A stretch of DNA of 62,754 nucleotides, taken from NCBI GenBank assembly GCA_032718475.1, contig JAUCBJ010005858.1, positions 1-62,754 on the forward strand, in the 5' to 3' direction. The translations under genes were made by a program, and so were the position numbers. This document shows, one piece after another, positions 49,901 through 59,547 of this stretch (within the stretch, counting starts at the first letter, position 1; the number at the start of each line of letters is the position of its first letter). Origin of the DNA: Nemertoderma westbladi. Lineage: Eukaryota > Animalia > Xenacoelomorpha. The notes beneath the pieces were generated by a model. That model worked only from the letters and a program-made list of their open reading frames with translations. It did no database searches and was not told the origin of the DNA.

Positions 49901-51689
49901 CCGGTGAAATGTAAACAAATGGCAATCTACAAAGCAAAACGACCAATTGTACTTCCACAAGAACAAATGAGGATGTAGTTGATAATGTAAAACTTCTCTG
50001 AGTTACAATATCCGCCGATCTCAAGTGGAATATCCACATAACCAACAGAATTAAACGCGCAGCCAAACGAATGTACATGTTACATACTGTATATTATAAA
50101 AATTTAAAGCATCACGGAAAGACATGGTAGCCATATACATCTCGCATATTCTGTCCGTTCTAGAATATTGCGCCGCCGTTTGGCATTCTAGTATCACCAA
50201 GCAACTATCAGACGCCCTAGAAAGAGTACAGAAAAGGGAAATGCGAATCCATTTCGGTGTTAATTACGATAGTTATGAACATGCTTTACATTCCGTGGGG
50301 TCGCCTACATTGTAGGACAGACGCGAAAAACTCTCTCTTTATCTACACCACAGATACTTACTACCTACATTGCGATCTGAAAGTAAAAACCAAATGGAAC
50401 TCAGAAATGACAATAATATTACGTTACCAATAGCTAAAACTGAAAGATATAGAAACTCAACAATCCCAGATATGGTCAGACTAATGAATAGTGCACCATC
50501 ACATTAATGGACATCCACAAGTCAGCTGATCACTGATTGCATGCAACGTCTAGGTCGTGTTGCTTTTTAGTTTTTTACATACTTTGGCACTGACATACCT
50601 ACCGGTAAGGTTTTACTTAACGTGGTTGATTAATAAATAAAATACATTAACTCTTTATTATTAGATTTTCAAGCTTCTACTTCAATTATCAATTCAATTC
50701 AATTCAAGAAAACTCATTAGTAGCACAGGACGAAACTAAATGAAATAAAGAAATTTCACTATGTATTATTTTGTATATGACAAAGCGTTAATGATTATTT
50801 ATCATAGTACTTTTACATTTTGGTTGATTTTTGTTTAGGGCATTACGTTACGATATTGAGCCAAATGAAATTTTGTCATCCAAACTGACTACGGCTTGGG
50901 ACCAATTTACAGAGGGGATGGAAGAGAAAGGAGCTCGTTTAGCAGTATCTTTGTTATTCCATCATAACCTAGCAACGGTTAGTATAAAACTTTCTCCATC
51001 ATCACAGAGAAACAGTTAATATAGTAATAGTAACCTTACTCCATCATAGAGACAGGGGGAATAGAGGGAAAATTACATTGGCACGTTATTCTAACCAAAA
51101 CAATAAACTAAACCAATATAACAGGTTACAGTGCGATGTTTTGCATACCGGTAACTACTGTGTCGCTATAAACATTGTGTCGCAGTGCCCGAGTGGATAC
51201 AGCGCCTAACTGATTACACAATAGTGTTTGGTGGCGCAGGTTCGAATCCGACTAAAGGCTGTAGAAATTTACACTTTAGACATATTAGTGCCTACGCCAA
51301 CCCAGCGGTATAATGGGACCCTGGCTTTGCTGGTGTAATAATATTATTATTATTATTACAACATTATTACAGAAATAGTACAGTAATAATTGGGATGTTT
51401 TACCGTCATTTCACAATTTGGTACTACTGTAGATATAAGGGTATTGCTAATATTTCCCGATCTCCGCATTTACATTTTTACATCTTTGTTAGATATTATC
51501 ACGTATCGATGAACTGACGGTCGCACTCAGTCAACCCATCGCAGACAATAACATGGGAGCCATGGCAGCGGTCATTGAACATAGAGGAAACGATAAGAAA
51601 GATGTAGACGACGAATACGAGGACACGATTACAATGGGGACAAATCTCCTCGAACGAGCACAAAAACCAGTTATTTCTAAGGAAGAATT
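16973..51689 (+). CDS. SESTD1: SESTD1-like Sec14 + spectrin-repeat protein, at least 14 coding exons, 3' end not found
   Basis: Phase-consistent GT-AG exons: 16973-17087, 17374-17436, 18044-18167, 18990-19194, 19687-19800, 19960-20195, 20765-20948, 22816-23004, 23311-23416, 23595-23697, 28239-28377, 31460-31635, 50839-50977, 51493-51689. Peptides PGGRDKRGGPIL, GFTVIVD, NKLEKYVDPSQL..YNHEFW, CDELVDVRKL..CETDAKQAINWI..AYQYAKQLI..WDQFT..GTNLLER resemble SESTD1 as recalled. Confidence 0.85.
18185..18678. mobile_element. Helentron/DINE-1-like non-autonomous element with three ~147-bp internal repeats
   Basis: TTTTGACCAAAC..CAGATTCT..TTGACGGAC..GTTTGGTTTAATTTCA recurs at ~18200, ~18345 and ~18495. 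It ends with a small TTCG hairpin (TTCACTTCGTGGA) and an A-run. Class assignment is tentative. Confidence 0.4.
21025..22762. mobile_element. MITE with ~50-bp TIRs, split by the RTE insertion
   Basis: GGCACTAGTGTCAAATAGGGGACCCTCCTAATCTGCTAA (~21032-21070) is mirrored by TTAGCAGGTTAGGAGGGTCCCTTATTTGACACAAGTGCC (~22716-22754). Confidence 0.75.
21159..22655 (+). mobile_element. 5'-truncated RTE-clade LINE with an uninterrupted RT reading frame (to 22609) and (TAG)n tail, in SESTD1 intron 7
   Basis: RT motifs PVPKKG, FRGISL, NQNGFR, FVDFFKAFDSV, GVLQGDTLAPFLF, LDFADD, YLGS. Very short 3' UTR and a tandem-repeat tail typical of RTE. No endonuclease. Confidence 0.93.
23827..24060 (+). mobile_element. 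tRNA-derived SINE with a conserved central core (Meta-SINE-like)
   Basis: A box TAGCTCAGTTGG, degenerate B box GGTTCAGCCCC, then ACTCAGTCTTTCATCCACTGGGGTAGATAAAATGAGGACCAG. No closed cloverleaf. Confidence 0.7.
25996..26892 (-). CDS. TMEM38: Trimeric intracellular cation channel (TMEM38/TRIC), intronless, nested antisense in SESTD1 intron 10
   Basis: 298 aa from ATG 26892. Motifs FPVFDIVHY, NPLALWFAGMLSCFAG, WYLIFYSPKDLFY, LKEVERARKV..GI, GVIKGAG, NEFLRP..FTK. Basic C-terminus. Confidence 0.92.
   Translation of the reverse strand: MSVPTSTPDTPDSDLGSALSDMAINFASLPLFPVFDIVHYLFTCIALRQDLANYSLTTSNPLALWFAGMLSCFAGAFIGNALLSLPIVAPFENHLNVLIATACWYLIFYSPKDLFYRACCTRFLKVPLVALKEVERARKVSAGIAQAASIYPDGYLIMVCMGVIKGAGVNFMRVVDRAARGYTQAPGGNEFLRPHFFTKVSFLGSIVLTLAKAKLITLPYAQVVLILSLVFVYLRVAMVLLQFTDPFMYVEWIVCTPVFGRSDEVKPPVAPQSSALADSPGNIDKTSTMNIKKVTKSD
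32184..33381 (-). repeat. 3' LTR of BEL/Pao element
   Basis: Direct repeat of 46744-47941 (offset 14560). One difference noticed by eye (T33301 vs C47861). Confidence 0.96.
33382..33390 (-). other. Short polypurine tract (TGGGAGCGG) abutting the 3' LTR
   Basis: The minus strand reads ...TTCTGGGAGCGG|TGTAAAAG, consistent with the element's orientation. Confidence 0.6.
36441..44483 (-). CDS. BEL/Pao Gag-Pol polyprotein (~2680 codons, one frame) interrupted by a single TGA at 40794-40796
   Basis: Triple Zn knuckle CALC..H..C / CYNC..GH..C / CAKC..HH..H. Protease LLDSGST*TFI. RT VRVVFDGS, DIEGMF, YMDD. RNase H LHVFGDAS. Integrase HAG..CIPC, GVDLFGP, RSDKGTNF, WWGGSWERLI. ORFs 40794-44483 and 36441-40724 are in frame, 23 codons apart. 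Confidence 0.93.
45805..46373. repeat. Two ~289-bp direct repeats in the BEL 5' leader
   Basis: AGGACATGCAGACTCCGAAATGATTAGGGAG at 45891 and 46180, with a highly similar core and more diverged edges. Confidence 0.9.
46732..46743 (-). other. Non-tRNA primer-binding-site candidate (TTAAAGGATATA), complementary to LTR positions 47499-47510
   Basis: Abuts the terminal CA of the 5' LTR. No TGG nearby. A perfect 12-nt reverse complement lies inside the LTR. Confidence 0.55.
46744..47941 (-). repeat. 5' LTR of BEL/Pao element
   Basis: Direct repeat of 32184-33381. On the minus strand: CCAAT ~47659-47663, TATATA ~47624-47629, TCAGT ~47604-47608, AATAAA ~46919-46924. Confidence 0.96.
48394..50710 (+). 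mobile_element. Degenerate CR1/L2-group LINE (RT pseudogene), including copy 2 of the duplication
   Basis: Broken RT frames WKESYATPVPK, RQFG, YDFSQAL, SGVTQGT, KFIDD, LEYCAAVWH..LERVQKR. (AATTC)n-like stretch at ~50682-50706. Confidence 0.8.
51178..51333 (+). mobile_element. tRNA-derived SINE
   Basis: A box TGCCCGAGTGG, B box GGTTCGAATCC, then a CORE-like CAACCCAGCGGTATAATGGGACCCTGG. Confidence 0.6.
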
Positions 51690-52787
51690 GTGAGTTAAAT
51701 GATTCTTAACATGCTTTGGAAATTGAAGTTGCATCACTTTGTATGACATCGGTCTTCAAGTTCTATTGATTTGTAATTACTGTATATATCGACTTATAGA
51801 GGGACAGAGATCATGTTACTTTCTTGTTTCAACCGTTACAGCATATTTTTCTACTGGTATTATAGACTGCAAACATTTTAGACATGAAGAGACATCTCAC
51901 ATCATTCAGTTTCAACATAAGAAACCTCTCTAATACGATAAAATTAATTCATCTCAAATGAAATTCCATTGTGCCATTTGGCATGATTTAGGTACAGAAC
52001 ATAGTTTACATAAATTCGCCTACACATGCATGCCCCCTGCCCTGCCTACACTGTACATATTAAATGACGATCTATCTTTGCGATATAACCAATCGATTGA
52101 AGCAGCTAGTTTTGGGCAAGGCACCCCTACGTCATTTAATAACATATAGTTACATAAATACAGCCTGTTACCAACTTCATTTTTAATATTTTAATATAGT
52201 AATACCGAGTTCTTAGGAAGAGAGGCCACATCACATATACGCACACAAACCCTTCACTATGTCCACGAGTTGAGTGTCACAGATTGCACTAAGTATTAAC
52301 GCGCCCCAGTAGCTCGCCATCTCATAAAATATATCGATTATTCACCCGTCACTAAGCAGTGTATGTTCTTTGGAGTCTTAATAAAGTTTAGGAAACAGAT
52401 TGGCCCTCATTATTAGCGCTTGGCCGATGGGAGTGATGTGTTCAAGAAAATTTGATGTGGATCATTAATCAAATCCTTTCTTCTTCAAAGTGTAGAACAT
52501 CAGTAAAATATATTACATCGTGGGTCCAATATTTTTATATATAAAATAACTATAAATCTCATCGTGTATGGATAAAGTGATATCATATTAACTTGTAAAC
52601 CAAAAATAATATTATCATATTCATATTAATCATATGAATAATATAAAATAATCATATAATATGTACATCTTAATCATAGTAATTCATAGGATATAATACA
52701 GTGTAAGTGGTACATAACTTCTGTCATCAACACAAAATGCAATCATCTCTTAATTAATCAATGAATTAATTAATATGTTTATCGAAA

Positions 52788-54257
52788 TCAAAAGGTTTTC
52801 CCTTGAATGTCTTCCAATAATTCTAACGATGTAGTTAATATACTGGTGATGTCATTACACCGGTTTATTGCGGATGCGGTAATTCTCGCCTCATATGGAT
52901 TTACCATGTAATTCTTCTGAGTTGATTCAACTTTCTGCAAATTATGTCTCACCTCAACAACATGTTTCGATATAACGTTTAAGTTACTGATTACTGTACG
53001 GTGAATGTTTTGATTTCCACCTGGGACGACCTCATCGTTATCTTTCAGTTTCGTTATAGCCAACCACATCTTACGACGGGGGCCCATCAGTGTTATCCCA
53101 ATTTCTTTCAAATCATTCTCGTTCAATGTAGCGAAAGTAGCCAAGTCAACTTCTTGGTCGGAGAAAACCTGGAGATATTTGGACAACTGGAGAGTTTCAA
53201 ATAGGGATTGCAGGTCCGTGACCCTCGGTTGCTTAGGGGTTAGTTTGAGCACAGTTGGTGTTTCTATGGCAGCGACGGGAGGGATGGCTACATGAGTCTG
53301 CATCGAAGGCTGTTGTCTAGGCGACACGATATGGACACGTTTAGTAGCGGGTTTCGGATTGCATTTCTGTCCCGGTATTTTAAGGGCTGACTTTGGAAGA
53401 ATCGTGTCAATGCATTTTACTGTTTGAATACTCTGAACGTCACTTCGAATTTCTTTAGACAGAACGTCTTTGCTGCTTGAAAAGGGAGGATTTGAAGGCA
53501 TCCTGGATGTGTTCCCCGCAGGACACAATAAATGTCCACGAGTTCCCATGTCCGACGGTAGAAGGCCACGCATGTATCCTCGTCTCGACTTTCCGTTAAT
53601 CAAATTAGCGATATTGACTTTCCCATTCAGCATTGCGATTTGCTTAGCAACTAGCCCACTTTTAGATATAATTGAGGTGCTTGCCGAGTTGCCCAGTAAC
53701 AAATTAGCGATTAGTTCGTGACCGGAAGTGGCGGCCTCCATAAGAGGCGTCAGACCTTCAGCGGATTCTTGAACATCGACGTCGCTCCCCTTGTCCAGCA
53801 GCACGCCGACCATACCGTTCTGCCCCATAGCCGTGGCTACAAACAACGCAGTCTGCCCTTTACTGTTCCGAGCTTCGAGATCGGCCCCGCGCGCTATCAG
53901 ATGCTTAGCAACCGCCTCGAACCCGTAGCTCGCTGCGATCATCAACGGCGTCTGATTGTCTACAGACCCGAGGTCAACCTTGGCTCCCAATCCGATGAGC
54001 GTTTGAACCGCCCCGCAGTGGCCCAACGAACTCGCGTACATCAGCGGTGTCCAGCCTCCGGAGTTACGGTGGTTCAAGGATTCGCGACCCGAATGGACGC
54101 ATTCGGTTATTCTGTCGGACAGACCGAGGGAGGCCGCTGTGTGGAGGTCTATCGATGGAGCGGCTAAGAGTTCCTGGGACCATGGACTAGGTAACTCCGT
54201 ATCGATCTGGTTGTCCGCTCCACAGTTAGATCTCATTGTGCTCACCATAGTGCTCAT
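52788..54257 (-). CDS. ANKS3: Ankyrin repeat and SAM domain protein, ANKS3-like, intronless
   Basis: About 6 ankyrin repeats (DLHTAASLG, GWTPLMYA, QTPLMIAA, GQTALFVA, GLTPLMEAA). SAM domain (LQLSKYLQVFSDQEVDL..DLKEIGITLMGPRRKM). First ATG at 54257. Confidence 0.85.
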   Translation of the reverse strand: MSTMVSTMRSNCGADNQIDTELPSPWSQELLAAPSIDLHTAASLGLSDRITECVHSGRESLNHRNSGGWTPLMYASSLGHCGAVQTLIGLGAKVDLGSVDNQTPLMIAASYGFEAVAKHLIARGADLEARNSKGQTALFVATAMGQNGMVGVLLDKGSDVDVQESAEGLTPLMEAATSGHELIANLLLGNSASTSIISKSGLVAKQIAMLNGKVNIANLINGKSRRGYMRGLLPSDMGTRGHLLCPAGNTSRMPSNPPFSSSKDVLSKEIRSDVQSIQTVKCIDTILPKSALKIPGQKCNPKPATKRVHIVSPRQQPSMQTHVAIPPVAAIETPTVLKLTPKQPRVTDLQSLFETLQLSKYLQVFSDQEVDLATFATLNENDLKEIGITLMGPRRKMWLAITKLKDNDEVVPGGNQNIHRTVISNLNVISKHVVEVRHNLQKVESTQKNYMVNPYEARITASAINRCNDITSILTTSLELLEDIQGKTF

Positions 54258-54773
54258 TATTATTGGTTGAAAGATGAACACAAATAAACTAGCTAGTTAG
54301 GTAAAAATAATGCCACAAGAAACTAGAGTAACTTATTGAATAATAATGTAATATAAAATCGTACAATGTGGTACCAAGAATTGTCAATGTCAAAATCTAA
54401 AATTTATTCTAAAACGGCTCTGAGATACACATAAAGGCAGCAACTAGATTTGAAACGGTTATTAGGTTTGTGATCTGTTTCTAGAATGTACTGAAATGAA
54501 TGGAGCCATCCTTTGGATTCGATTAAGCCTAATTTCAGAGAAAAATAATGGAATGTAATAAGGCTATAAAAAAAGTATATGGAAATACATAAAATTCACG
54601 TAAACAATAATTATACGCAGATGTTATGGCTTGCTTAATATTGGGTAACAAAAACCTTACTATAAAATAAACACTAGCAGAGTCACATCTGTCCTTAAAA
54701 TGAGCTTAATTTAAGATTAAAATCGACAATGTCAACAGCTGCAAGAATACATTAATTAACTCATTTGCAGTGA

Positions 54774-54792
54774 TGACGTACCATGACGTCAT
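54774..54792. promoter_or_regulatory. CRE/ATF palindrome ATGACGTCAT plus an adjacent TGACG half-site, between divergent ANKS3 and GGCX
   Basis: TGACGTACCATGACGTCAT about 0.5 kb upstream of the ANKS3 ATG. Motif match only. Confidence 0.35.
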
Positions 54793-55831
54793 AGGCTCTG
54801 CATATGCCCCAGTCATACACTGTACAGTAAGTACATTATTGATTTACATACGAGTACTAATAATTATGAAAGCTATAGGCCTATAGTAAATAAACAATAG
54901 ATAAGTGGGAAAGAACAATATTATTGTTACATTTTTTCACATTAAACATGGAAGGAATGCAATATCAATTTGTTTCAATCCCCATCAATTATCTTACAAT
55001 AATCAATATCAATGGTGCCATAAAGTAGCCCCCCCCCCCCCCCCCCCCCCCCCGACTCTAGACGGACAAACCGAACAGAAGTTATTGAATTAATTTACAT
55101 AGTAACAGCGGGGATTGCCATTATTACTTACACCTTAAAAATGAACTCTATCATTGCTATACGCGAGCCTCTGTGAACCGATATTTCGTCCTAAAACATT
55201 TATCTGTTATGACTTTCCTCCATAATGTCTATTCAGTATTGATTTGTCTCTTTGAACCAGATATCAACGAATATGATCAACCATTAGTCTCGGACTGACT
55301 ATTCCTGCATGAACTATTTTTCGCGCTCCATCCCACACACGCATTATAAACTGCTACAATGCTAAATATAAATTCGATTATTCTTTACTTCAGTAAACAA
55401 TATGATGTAAACGTAGCGGTTTTGGAACGCAGTAATATTATTATAATTCATCATTCTATGAATTTTCATCACTGGTTTTGTTTTCTTGTAGAGGCGGCGC
55501 ACTAGACTGACATTACTGTTTTAAATTGTTTTAATTACCAAAAGTAAGGTTTGAAAAACTTGGAAACAATACACGCTAATTATTTTGTACCGGTATTATT
55601 ATTTAATTATAGCATATATTTTGTTGGGCGTGGGTATATTGAAAAAAATATTCTCAATTTATTGATGGCGATGGGTTTTCGTTTTACGTTTCACAGGTTC
55701 CCTTCATACCAGAATTATTCACATTCAAATTATTTACAATGCCCATTTTAGAAATTTAAATCCTAATATATATATTGCTAATCGCTATTGGATTGTGGAA
55801 TACAGTGCCACATAATTAGAAAACTTTTCGT

Positions 55832-56096
55832 TTATTTGAATGGGATAATCTTTTAGGCTCATTAAGCCAAGGAATGCCTGTTCACCACCATGGGTGATCT
55901 TCCACAGTAAACCCTTCCACTCTGTTTCCCAAGTTGCCTTGGTTCCCATTTATCGACCACTGAAGGATGAAAACCGGGGTTGGGCTAGGCTGCAGCATTT
56001 AAAGCACTGTGCCCAAACAGTGCTGCCCCATCTAGGGCTCGAACCCGGGCTCCCTAATCGGAAGCACAATAATGTCACCACTAGACCAAGCTGCGT
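55832..56096 (-). mobile_element. tRNA-derived SINE with a core similar to that at 23827
   Basis: Minus strand: A box TGGTCTAGTGG, B box GGTTCGAGCCC, core TTTCATCCTTCAGTGGTCGATAAATGGGAACC. Confidence 0.65.
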
Positions 56097-56605
56097 TTTC
56101 GTTTATTTAAAACTTTGCAAAAAAAAAATGTAATGAAGTTTGTGGTTTTGATGGTATCAGAAGCCAGATATATAAATTAAATCAGTTGTTGGGAAAACTT
56201 ACTATGTGGCAATGAAAATAGGGGGACAACTTTGAAATTTCCACTTCGATATATTTTTAATCTTCATGAAGTCATATATGAAATAGGGCGGGGACTATAT
56301 TAAAAGTCACATATTAAATACCGGTTGTACAGTAGTTTTAACTAGAAAAACAATAGTCTAGGTTAGCTGATTTAACTGCCTTCTGATATATATTGGTTAA
56401 TTGTAATTTACAAATTTTGTCTGTTACCAAAATGTCACAAAAATTTCGAAGTATCATTCAATTTGGTGTAACTGTTACATCCATGTTGTATCGCGATCAA
56501 TCCTGTTTCCGATGCACGGGACAGGTTTAAGAACTACCGGTATGCAAAATGCAGCATACTAAATAAACTAAAAATACAATAAATGTCAAAACGTTAATGG
56601 TGTCA

Positions 56606-56723
56606 AACAGGTTCTCAGATACACTTCGCTGTGAGAGCGCGGTGACAGCGCTGTCAATGTGCGTTCTAAATGCGACGCAAAAACACCGTTCTGTAACCCT
56701 AAAGTGTATCTGTGAACCGGGCT
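56606..56723. mobile_element. Small MITE (~120 bp)
   Basis: CAGGTTCTCAGATACACTT is mirrored by AAGTGTATCTGTGAACCGG. Confidence 0.55.
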
Positions 56724-56849
56724 GTATACCTATCTAGCACTCTCGATTGTGGAATGATGGAACACCGGAGGCAATTCTAAAGGTCCCCTCTCTCTTGGCT
56801 GTTACCTGCAAGGCAAGGAGGGTACCACACTAACTCCCAAAGTCGACTT

Positions 56850-56966
56850 ACAAACACTCTGTAACTATCTACCACTTTTCTTTACGGGTGATCAGATCAC
56901 TCCTACAAACACTCTGTAACTATCTACCACTCTTCTTTACGGGTGATCAGATCACTCCTCAAACAC
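56850..56966. repeat. 55-bp tandem duplication upstream of GGCX
   Basis: CAAACACTCTGTAACTATCTACCACT(T/C)TTCTTTACGGGTGATCAGATCACTCCT occurs twice. Confidence 0.9.
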
Positions 56967-57111
56967 ATTTGCGAATATTAATCGCCTGTAATTAATATTT
57001 TAACTATACTTATATTTACTAACGCCTTATAATAACTACAGAAGGTTTACTAAATACCAAATAGGTCTAACCATTATATCTAAAATATATTATTGTTTGG
57101 AGTGCTTGCTC

Positions 57112-59547
57112 ATGGCGAATTCTAATACCGAAACCCTTACAAAAAGGAAATTTGCTAAAATAGCAGAAGAGGAAGAAAACAGCGACATTGATAATGATGT
57201 TGAGGAAAGTATAAATAAAGATAAACCACTTGAAAAGGAAGGTTTTTTACATAAGATACGGTCATGTGATATTAATTACTGGGTAGGATTCGAGTGGCAG
57301 GAGGTATCCAGTATTGATTCCATCTCTAAGTTAATGTTTCGCCCAATAGACCCTGCGATCGTTGCCGCTGTTCGTATTCTATTCGGTGTTATGATGTTTA
57401 TGGACATGTTTGTCGAACACAGTGTCAGCAAGGGTGAGATTCAATATGCGCCACAAAATTGTATATACCCCTTGTTTGACTTTATCAAACCTCTATCTGT
57501 CGACTGGATGGTTATCATACACTTCACTCTCCTCATCTGTTCTATCAATATCACGATAGGCTTCGCATACCGTATATCTTCAGCAGTGTTCGCTGCATGT
57601 TACTGGTACACCTTCACGTTGGATGTTCTCCATTGGAACAACCATAGCTATCTGTTCGGGATAATATCAACCCTATTGATTTTTGTCGACGGTAACTCAT
57701 TGTGGTCGGTAGATGGCATCATATGGCCTTCGATACGCAACAGACACGCACCCTTGTGGAATCTCGCCGCACTGCGTTTTCAGATATTCATTGTGTATTT
57801 CCTGGCCGGTTTGAAGAAACTTTTCGCCTATGATTGGATGTTCGGGTATAGTATGTCCGGTCTCCATCTCACCGACAATTGGACCTTCGCACCGTTTCGA
57901 CTAATCCTATCCGAGGAGCTAACAGATCTCGTAGTTATACATTGGTGTGGATTTATCATTGATCTGTGTTTTCCTGTATTGTTATTTCTGGACCCGACAA
58001 GACCACTTGCTTTCTGTTTTGTAACGGCTTTTCACTACATGAATTCTAGGATATTCAGCATCGGTATGTTCCCTTATACGATGATCGCGACCGAACCTAT
58101 ATTCGCCTATGCGGATTGGCCTCGTCGTGTGCTGCGAACTTTGCCGCGAATTGTTCGAGGCAAAATACCAGATTTAGATGAACAACCGCGTGCCTCATCG
58201 TCGTGCGTGTACTACGGGAAGTGGTTGGCGGAAGCTGAGGAACATGACGAGGTAGATAATGATGATGTAGAAGATGATAGTCCGGAACAACAAAATCATA
58301 AACAAGGGGTGAAGAAAACCCGACGACCTAAATGTAATCTTAATAAGCGTCTCAACTGGCGCCATTACTTCATCACTGTTTGCGTTCTGTTTTACATGTC
58401 GGAACAACTTTTTTTACCTTATTCGCATTTTATCACCCCGGGATATACTGGCATCATGGAAGGCTTGTATGGATACTCTTGGGACATGATGATACAAACC
58501 TATTACGCGCAGCATATTCAGGTAACGGCTCACAATGCTGACAATGACACAATGATTCGACTGAACCCCAACGCAATCCCTGCACCATTACGTTCACGGC
58601 CCTTCCATAGTCCCAGGACAACGATCCAGTTAGCCAGATGTTACCGGGACAAAGTCGCTAGGGATGATAATATAACGGTTGACCAAATTTATTTTGATGT
58701 CTGGGCTGGAGTAAACAACCGATTTATTCAGAGACTAACGGATCCATATACCGACTATCTAACAGTCGAGTGGTCGCCATTTCGGACATTCACTCACATG
58801 ATGCCGATGCTACCTGAGGTGACTGGTTGGTTTCAACAGATTACAACTAAGAAATCGGAAGCGGAAAATGAAAATAAAAACGTTAAGACGATTTTCGTAG
58901 GCGATTTCGCAGGACAACATCTCAAGCATTTCGTCTCTTCCGATGTTATAAATATGACATTGGAGCTTCTAGGAGGGGAAGTGATAGTTGAGTTTCCTGA
59001 TGATGTCGATAGGCCTAATGCAAGCTTGACGGAACCGGAAAGCGTTATAGATCTGCCATCTGACCAGTATCACATTGTCCACGTGGTTTCTAGTACTCAA
59101 GCTAGGTATATGTACACTTATCAGCAACACTACAGAATGTTAGCTGAACAATTTTACAACCTGCGAAAAAATATAACAACAGAAAATAACACCATCATGT
59201 ACAACCACAGCCTAGCCGAGGGACAGTTTAAAGATGATCGCGGTAATGCTTTGTTTGTGGGAGATTGTCCACTGAAGGCCAATTCAACAGTGCAGGAAAC
59301 CCTGGAAGGTGAATTCGAGAGTCACGGGAAGAGGCCGCAGCCCCAAAACGGATTCTCATTGGTCGGAATATTTAAAAATTACGCGCTTAAAATAATAGGT
59401 TCGGCGCGCTTATTGAGGGATAGCAGTTGGCGCGCGGCGATAGCCGTATACAACATTGGCACGGGAACCGAGGGTAAATATAACATGATTAACGAATACT
59501 ACAAGGAACTGAAAGCTAAATCGGAAAATCTTACAACAAATAATTAA
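57112..59547 (+). CDS. GGCX: Vitamin K-dependent gamma-glutamyl carboxylase, intronless
   Basis: 811 aa from ATG 57112. Motifs RPIDPA..RILFG, WNNHSYL, QIFIVYFLAGLKKL, FHYMNSRIFSIGMFPY, QLFLPYSHFIT, GLYGYSWDMM, IYFDVW..NNRFIQR, WSPF. Confidence 0.93.
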   Translation: MANSNTETLTKRKFAKIAEEEENSDIDNDVEESINKDKPLEKEGFLHKIRSCDINYWVGFEWQEVSSIDSISKLMFRPIDPAIVAAVRILFGVMMFMDMFVEHSVSKGEIQYAPQNCIYPLFDFIKPLSVDWMVIIHFTLLICSINITIGFAYRISSAVFAACYWYTFTLDVLHWNNHSYLFGIISTLLIFVDGNSLWSVDGIIWPSIRNRHAPLWNLAALRFQIFIVYFLAGLKKLFAYDWMFGYSMSGLHLTDNWTFAPFRLILSEELTDLVVIHWCGFIIDLCFPVLLFLDPTRPLAFCFVTAFHYMNSRIFSIGMFPYTMIATEPIFAYADWPRRVLRTLPRIVRGKIPDLDEQPRASSSCVYYGKWLAEAEEHDEVDNDDVEDDSPEQQNHKQGVKKTRRPKCNLNKRLNWRHYFITVCVLFYMSEQLFLPYSHFITPGYTGIMEGLYGYSWDMMIQTYYAQHIQVTAHNADNDTMIRLNPNAIPAPLRSRPFHSPRTTIQLARCYRDKVARDDNITVDQIYFDVWAGVNNRFIQRLTDPYTDYLTVEWSPFRTFTHMMPMLPEVTGWFQQITTKKSEAENENKNVKTIFVGDFAGQHLKHFVSSDVINMTLELLGGEVIVEFPDDVDRPNASLTEPESVIDLPSDQYHIVHVVSSTQARYMYTYQQHYRMLAEQFYNLRKNITTENNTIMYNHSLAEGQFKDDRGNALFVGDCPLKANSTVQETLEGEFESHGKRPQPQNGFSLVGIFKNYALKIIGSARLLRDSSWRAAIAVYNIGTGTEGKYNMINEYYKELKAKSENLTTNN

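Noticed and set aside
16973-51689. Trio/Kalirin or MCF2L-type RhoGEF identity
   Set aside because: The Sec14 start resembles Trio, but later exons fit SESTD1 better and no DH/PH exons are visible; a downstream GEF part outside the window is not excluded.
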